DNA of 64,000 nucleotides, filler included, from Reticulomyxa filosa (taxonomy: Eukaryota; Protista; Foraminifera): assembly GCA_000512085.1 (NCBI GenBank). It is 25 parts of 25 records of this genome, joined end to end, with 100 filler letters (N's around TTAATTAATTAA, not from the genome) between each part and the next. Parts side by side here need not be neighbours in the genome. Positions count along the whole stretch, not along the records: positions 58,434 to 62,900 come from ASPP01033198.1; positions 63,001 to 64,000 come from ASPP01050745.1; 23 more parts are not named here. One strand, 5' to 3'. A program made the translations under genes and the position numbers. Shown here piece after piece: positions 59,821-64,000 of the stretch. A model generated the notes under the pieces. The model was not told the origin of the DNA, made no database searches, and saw only the letters and a list, made by a program, of their open reading frames with translations. Numbering within the stretch: the first letter of the stretch is position 1; every line of letters begins with the position of its first letter.

Positions 59821-61549
59821 ATGTTCACTATTTCAAATCCAAAGAGAAAGTGGAGTGAAGATTTATGCCTCCGAAAATGGTCATATTTAAAAATACTGTT
59901 TTTTGGAGTAGTCATGGCAGCTTCAGTCTCAAGTGTACTCCTTTTTGGCAAATGTGGAGGGAGTGAAAGTTTTCCATTATACATTGGGTACCGTAATGTA
60001 TGACGGAATCACGTGCTTCGAAAATGAGAGAAACATGGCACATTTTAAGTTTGATTTTAAGATCACAGATCAAGGCTTGACAGAGACTTATTGTGACAAC
60101 ATGGCCCAGGAAATGGCGTCTTTGGCATAAGGTGGCGAGTCTTTATATAACAACTCCGAAAATGGGGTGACTCCAGAGTCAGAGGCTCTGTACTCGTCAT
60201 GGAATTGCTATGAATTTGCCAAGCTGCGCGGCCGAGGCAAAACATTGCTCAATTTCAGTACAATGTATCATTTTTGGGTCTTTCTTTTAGTACTTACCTT
60301 ATTATACAGTGTCTTTGTGATCCTGCACGACTGTACGTTGTTGTACTTGAACGGAGGATACGAAGCAGATTTCACGTGGAGTCGAATTATGACAAAAGGA
60401 AACTATCCATCTCTACTACAAAATTCACAGCTGTATTACCGTTCCCTACATTCACAAGTGGGAAGCTGCAATTATCGCAATTTTTTTTTTGTTGACATGT
60501 TTCAAAATATTTTGGTATTTGATTCTATTTATATTAATGAGCGTATGGCTCTTTATTTTTGTACTATATACGTCGTATCGAATTTTGCTGAGTATGATTG
60601 ACATTATACGTAACTGTAATTGTAAAACAGATCAATTTGTGTTGATCGTTAGCAGCTGGGCTACTGCCTTTTTGCGAGGATTAGTAAGCTATATAGCTGC
60701 AATAGGTCTGACACTTGGCTACTTACTCCAACAGCGGCTGAATACCAATGGCTGGGACAAAGCTGCATATGGTTTTGAACAACAGGCCAGTTGCAACTGC
60801 ACATGCAATTTCTACCTGAAATTAGGTGACCTCAACTCGTATATACTCGTAACAGCGGTCCTCGTGATCACCAACTTGTTGTTTTTAGCTGGATGGGTGG
60901 CGGATGGTGTGATCAGGAATCAACATTTGTATCTGGTGAAATATGACATCCCTGTACGTATAGCTACGCAACACAGAGAAGACGACCCTGCACTAAGCAT
61001 CATCGAACATATGGATTATATACGTGGTGACGAAGCCGGTGCAGAAATGGTCTCGAAGATCCCGAGGAAGATGAAACTAGCCTTGATATCGATCACTGTT
61101 TTACCAGGGCTACATCGGTCCCACAGATCGAAATCTTAGAGAGAATGTCCATCACGCTGCAAAAGCGATTCACTATATCGGAGCCACTCATACCATTCCG
61201 AGTCATGATGAGCAAGTCACATCCAACGTTTGCAATTTCAATATTGATCGAAATAAAGACAGTAATGAAGTCAGTCGAAGAACCTTTTTTACTTTCTTCG
61301 TTCTTTTTCTGTGGGATCGTTGGGTTGTCGTGTTCTTTTTCTGAGTTCAGCGAAGTTGACAATTACAAACAGTCCTGGGTTGCAGTCCTATACTTGTGTC
61401 TTCTCATCCTCTTTATCATCATCACTATCTATGGTGGATGTCTGATGTGCATAAAAACTCCCGAACTTACTTCCATTCTCTGTATTTCTTGGGCGCTTAT
61501 TGTTTCAATATTTTGTATTGCCATTGCGAACATTTCCAAGCTTTTATAA
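59821..61549 (+). CDS. Cys-containing multi-pass membrane protein, broken by frameshifts
   Basis: Overlapping same-strand hydrophobic ORFs with no clear introns; has a tandem paralogue immediately downstream. Confidence 0.55.
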
Positions 61550-61839
61550 AAATTTTATTGTAATACATAGTACTATTGATGGCTGTACGTTTTTTTTTCT
61601 CTCCAAGTTTTTTTTTCATAATTGATACAATTATTTGTTGTCTTTCTATTGGTCACGTTTTTTAATCGACAAGCAAATTGCACTATATACGTATGCTCGC
61701 TTCTATTAAGCGTTACTGCACTTGTTTCCCTCCCCCCCCTTGGCAAATAATCTCGTGATATATCTCGACACACAACAATATTGTATACATACAATGTAAT
61801 TGTTTAGCATAAAAAAAAGTAGCATCAAATTAAAAAATA

Positions 61840-62900
61840 TAACACCGGATGAGAGATATTGCAACATCTGGCTCAAGAAATGCATTTTGGTACAAAGTGG
61901 AACGTCACTGTATTACAACTCTGAAAATGGGATGGCTCCGGAGTCGAAGATGGCTCTATATTCGTCATGGAATTGCTATGAGCTTGCCAAGTTGCACAAA
62001 CAAGGCAAGACATTACTGGATTTCATAGTAATGTATAATATGTGGATATGGATTTCAGTGCTTGTCATTCTGTACAGTTTCTTTATGATTGTGCACGACT
62101 ATGCATTGTTGTACTTGAACGGGAGGAGATTTCATGTAGAGTCGAATTATAAAAGAAGGAAAATATCCAAAGTTGCTATTAGAAGCTCGAGCAAATACAT
62201 ATACTCTAGCAATGTGGATTAGCGGCAATAGTTGCATCAGAAGCTCGTTGTTTGTGACATTCAGTGTAGTGGGATTATTGCTATGACTTTTCCTTATAAT
62301 CTTATGGACAGCAGGTACAATAGTATTGAGTGTGGTCGAGATTGTCCTTGACACTGTATACGATCTCAAGCGCAAACAACGCGCATTGTGTTTGTCATTA
62401 GCGTTTGGACAGTCGCCTTATTGAAGGAATGCTCAGTTTTGCTGTCTTACTGTCTAGTCTTTGGACGCGTACTCCAACAGCTGATAAATACCAATGAATG
62501 GGACAAAGCTGAACAAGGCCTTGAACAACAGACTCCTTGCAGCTGCACGTACACATTGCCACACGACAGAGAAATGACAACTCGGTATTAAATATTGTAC
62601 GTCGCAATCAACATTTGTATCTGCTCCAATATAAACATCCCTTTGCGAGTTGCTGTGCAACAGAGAGATGACAATCCGGCTCTAAGCATTATCGAACATT
62701 GGAATCACGTGCAAGGATACACCTTGAATACAAAGTTGAACTCACCAATTTCCGAAATAAGTGGAAGCAATTTTACAACTACTTACAGCTTGTCTAAAAT
62801 CATTCCATTCTTTTCATCCAATTCTTTGCAATCGAGTAATCAAACTTCCTCCTTATTAGAAAGAGAGCCCAGTATCTCTGCATTTGGCGACAACACTCCG
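61840..62900 (+). pseudogene. Degenerate tandem paralogue of 59821-61549
   Basis: YNSENGMAPESKMALYSSWNCYELAKL versus YNSENGVTPESEALYSSWNCYEFAKL; NTNEWDKA..GLEQQTPCSCT versus NTNGWDKA..GFEQQASCNCT; deletions and frameshifts. Confidence 0.7.
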
Positions 62901-63000
62901 NNNNNNNNNNNNNNNNNNNNNNNNNNNNNNNNNNNNNNNNNNNNTTAATTAATTAANNNNNNNNNNNNNNNNNNNNNNNNNNNNNNNNNNNNNNNNNNNN

Positions 63001-64000
63001 CATTCAGGAAAAAGAACAAAGTCAAGTATCCGAAGATGGAACTATATGTTAATCACTAAAGTAAAAGAGGATGATCATATCAAATACTTAGGACTCATCA
63101 TCGACAACATATCAACTACGTATACGAAAAAAGCAGGAAACTTGGGTATCTATCATTCCTTTGCTCCTATAAAGGAATCCGTCCCAGCTTGGCAGCGTAC
63201 AACATGCTTTATAAATCAACAATGGAATATGCTTGCACATTCTGGAATGGAGCAGCAGAATGTCACAAGCGTCGACTCGAAAGAATACAGCGAATAGCAA
63301 TGTGCAAGATACTTGGAGTGATGAACAGCACTGCCTATGATACTGTGAATATCATTTCACAGACTCCACCGTTGGAATTGCGCAGACGGCAAGAAGAAGT
63401 AAAGTTGTACCAAAATGTATCCGAATGAGCAAAAAGTTTCCTGATGGAAAACCAACCACACGATATCTCAGCATGAAGGAAAAAGATATAGTTGGATCGG
63501 GATGTTATCAACTTTATCACGAGCATGCGTGCATGTAAGTGAACATGCCAAAATCGCGACAATATGCAGAACAGAAGATTGCTTATTTTGAGTGACTTCA
63601 AGTTTGTAGTTGAATCCATTCTCAACAAGTGCAATTCCGAAGCTTACAATTTCCAAATCGCAGAATGCCAGAGACTCATGAAAGATCTTGGCGAACAGAA
63701 TGTGCCTAAAATCTATTGGATCAAAGATCATTCTGACATTCTGGGAATAATCAAGCAGATATCGTGGCAAAGAGTGAAAGATCCAGAGCCGAAATGGATC
63801 AACCAGATCTGTATCGCAGGCCAGATAAATCAGCTATGTTTCTGAACATGCAGGCCTAAATCCATTTTTCACTTCTGAATGGAATAGACACTGGACCAAC
63901 GAAGGAAATGAGATGATGCCACAGCGACATCCGAAGAGATTTTTACGTGACTTAATCAATGCACAGTCATTTGAAAAGATTGAAAGGAAAATCGTGTGTC
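63001..64000 (+). mobile_element. Degenerate non-LTR retrotransposon (LINE) ORF2: RT thumb plus RNase H
   Basis: IKYLGLIID, MEYACTFW, LERIQRIAMCKILG...PPLELRRR, ILSD..FVVESI, YWIKDHSDILG (RNase H WxxxHxGxxGNxxAD); frameshifts. Confidence 0.85.

Noticed and set aside
1032-63000. Regularly recurring TTAATTAATTAA palindrome flanked by Ns as a biological repeat or CRISPR-like array
   Set aside because: Identical 100-bp synthetic linker with stops in all six frames; ORFs running into X residues are artefacts.
1-64000. Alternative genetic code, tRNA or rRNA genes
   Set aside because: Conserved proteins translate cleanly with the standard code once introns are removed; no cloverleaf or rRNA signature was recognised by eye. 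tRNAscan-SE and Infernal would confirm.

Overview
This window is not one continuous locus. It is 25 short contigs (about 1-9 kb) joined by 24 artificial 100-bp linkers (N44-TTAATTAATTAA-N44), so gene neighbourhood across linkers is meaningless. Most contigs come from an AT-rich, intron-rich protist; the WD40 repeat style and the divergent alpha2-type tubulin suggest a foraminiferan such as Reticulomyxa filosa (inference). Eukaryotic gene fragments, many visible only after manual splicing: RCC1-repeat protein, SAM methyltransferase, NACHT-type pentapeptide-WD40 protein, an SDR lacking its catalytic YxxxK, Pumilio/PUF, two RGS proteins, rotatin N-terminus, RNF213-like protein, an eIF5 N-domain paralogue lacking the GAP arginine, tandem-WWE protein, a RelA/SpoT-like nucleotidyltransferase, esterase, VTC subunit, TBC-TLDc protein, MAPK, tubulin, voltage-gated channel repeat IV, STAT-type SH2 protein, STE-like kinase and a LINE RT-RNase H remnant. 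Two contigs look bacterial: an intact IS4-family (ISAba1/IS10-group) element and a high-GC proteobacterial purL fragment. Non-coding signals include two dispersed repeat families (one MITE-like ending ACTG|TA, one about 197 bp with TGTA...TACA ends), a near-perfect intronic hairpin, and many introns with an A-tract instead of a polypyrimidine tract before the AG. No tRNA, rRNA or CRISPR array was seen. All family calls are by-eye motif recognition; no searches were run.
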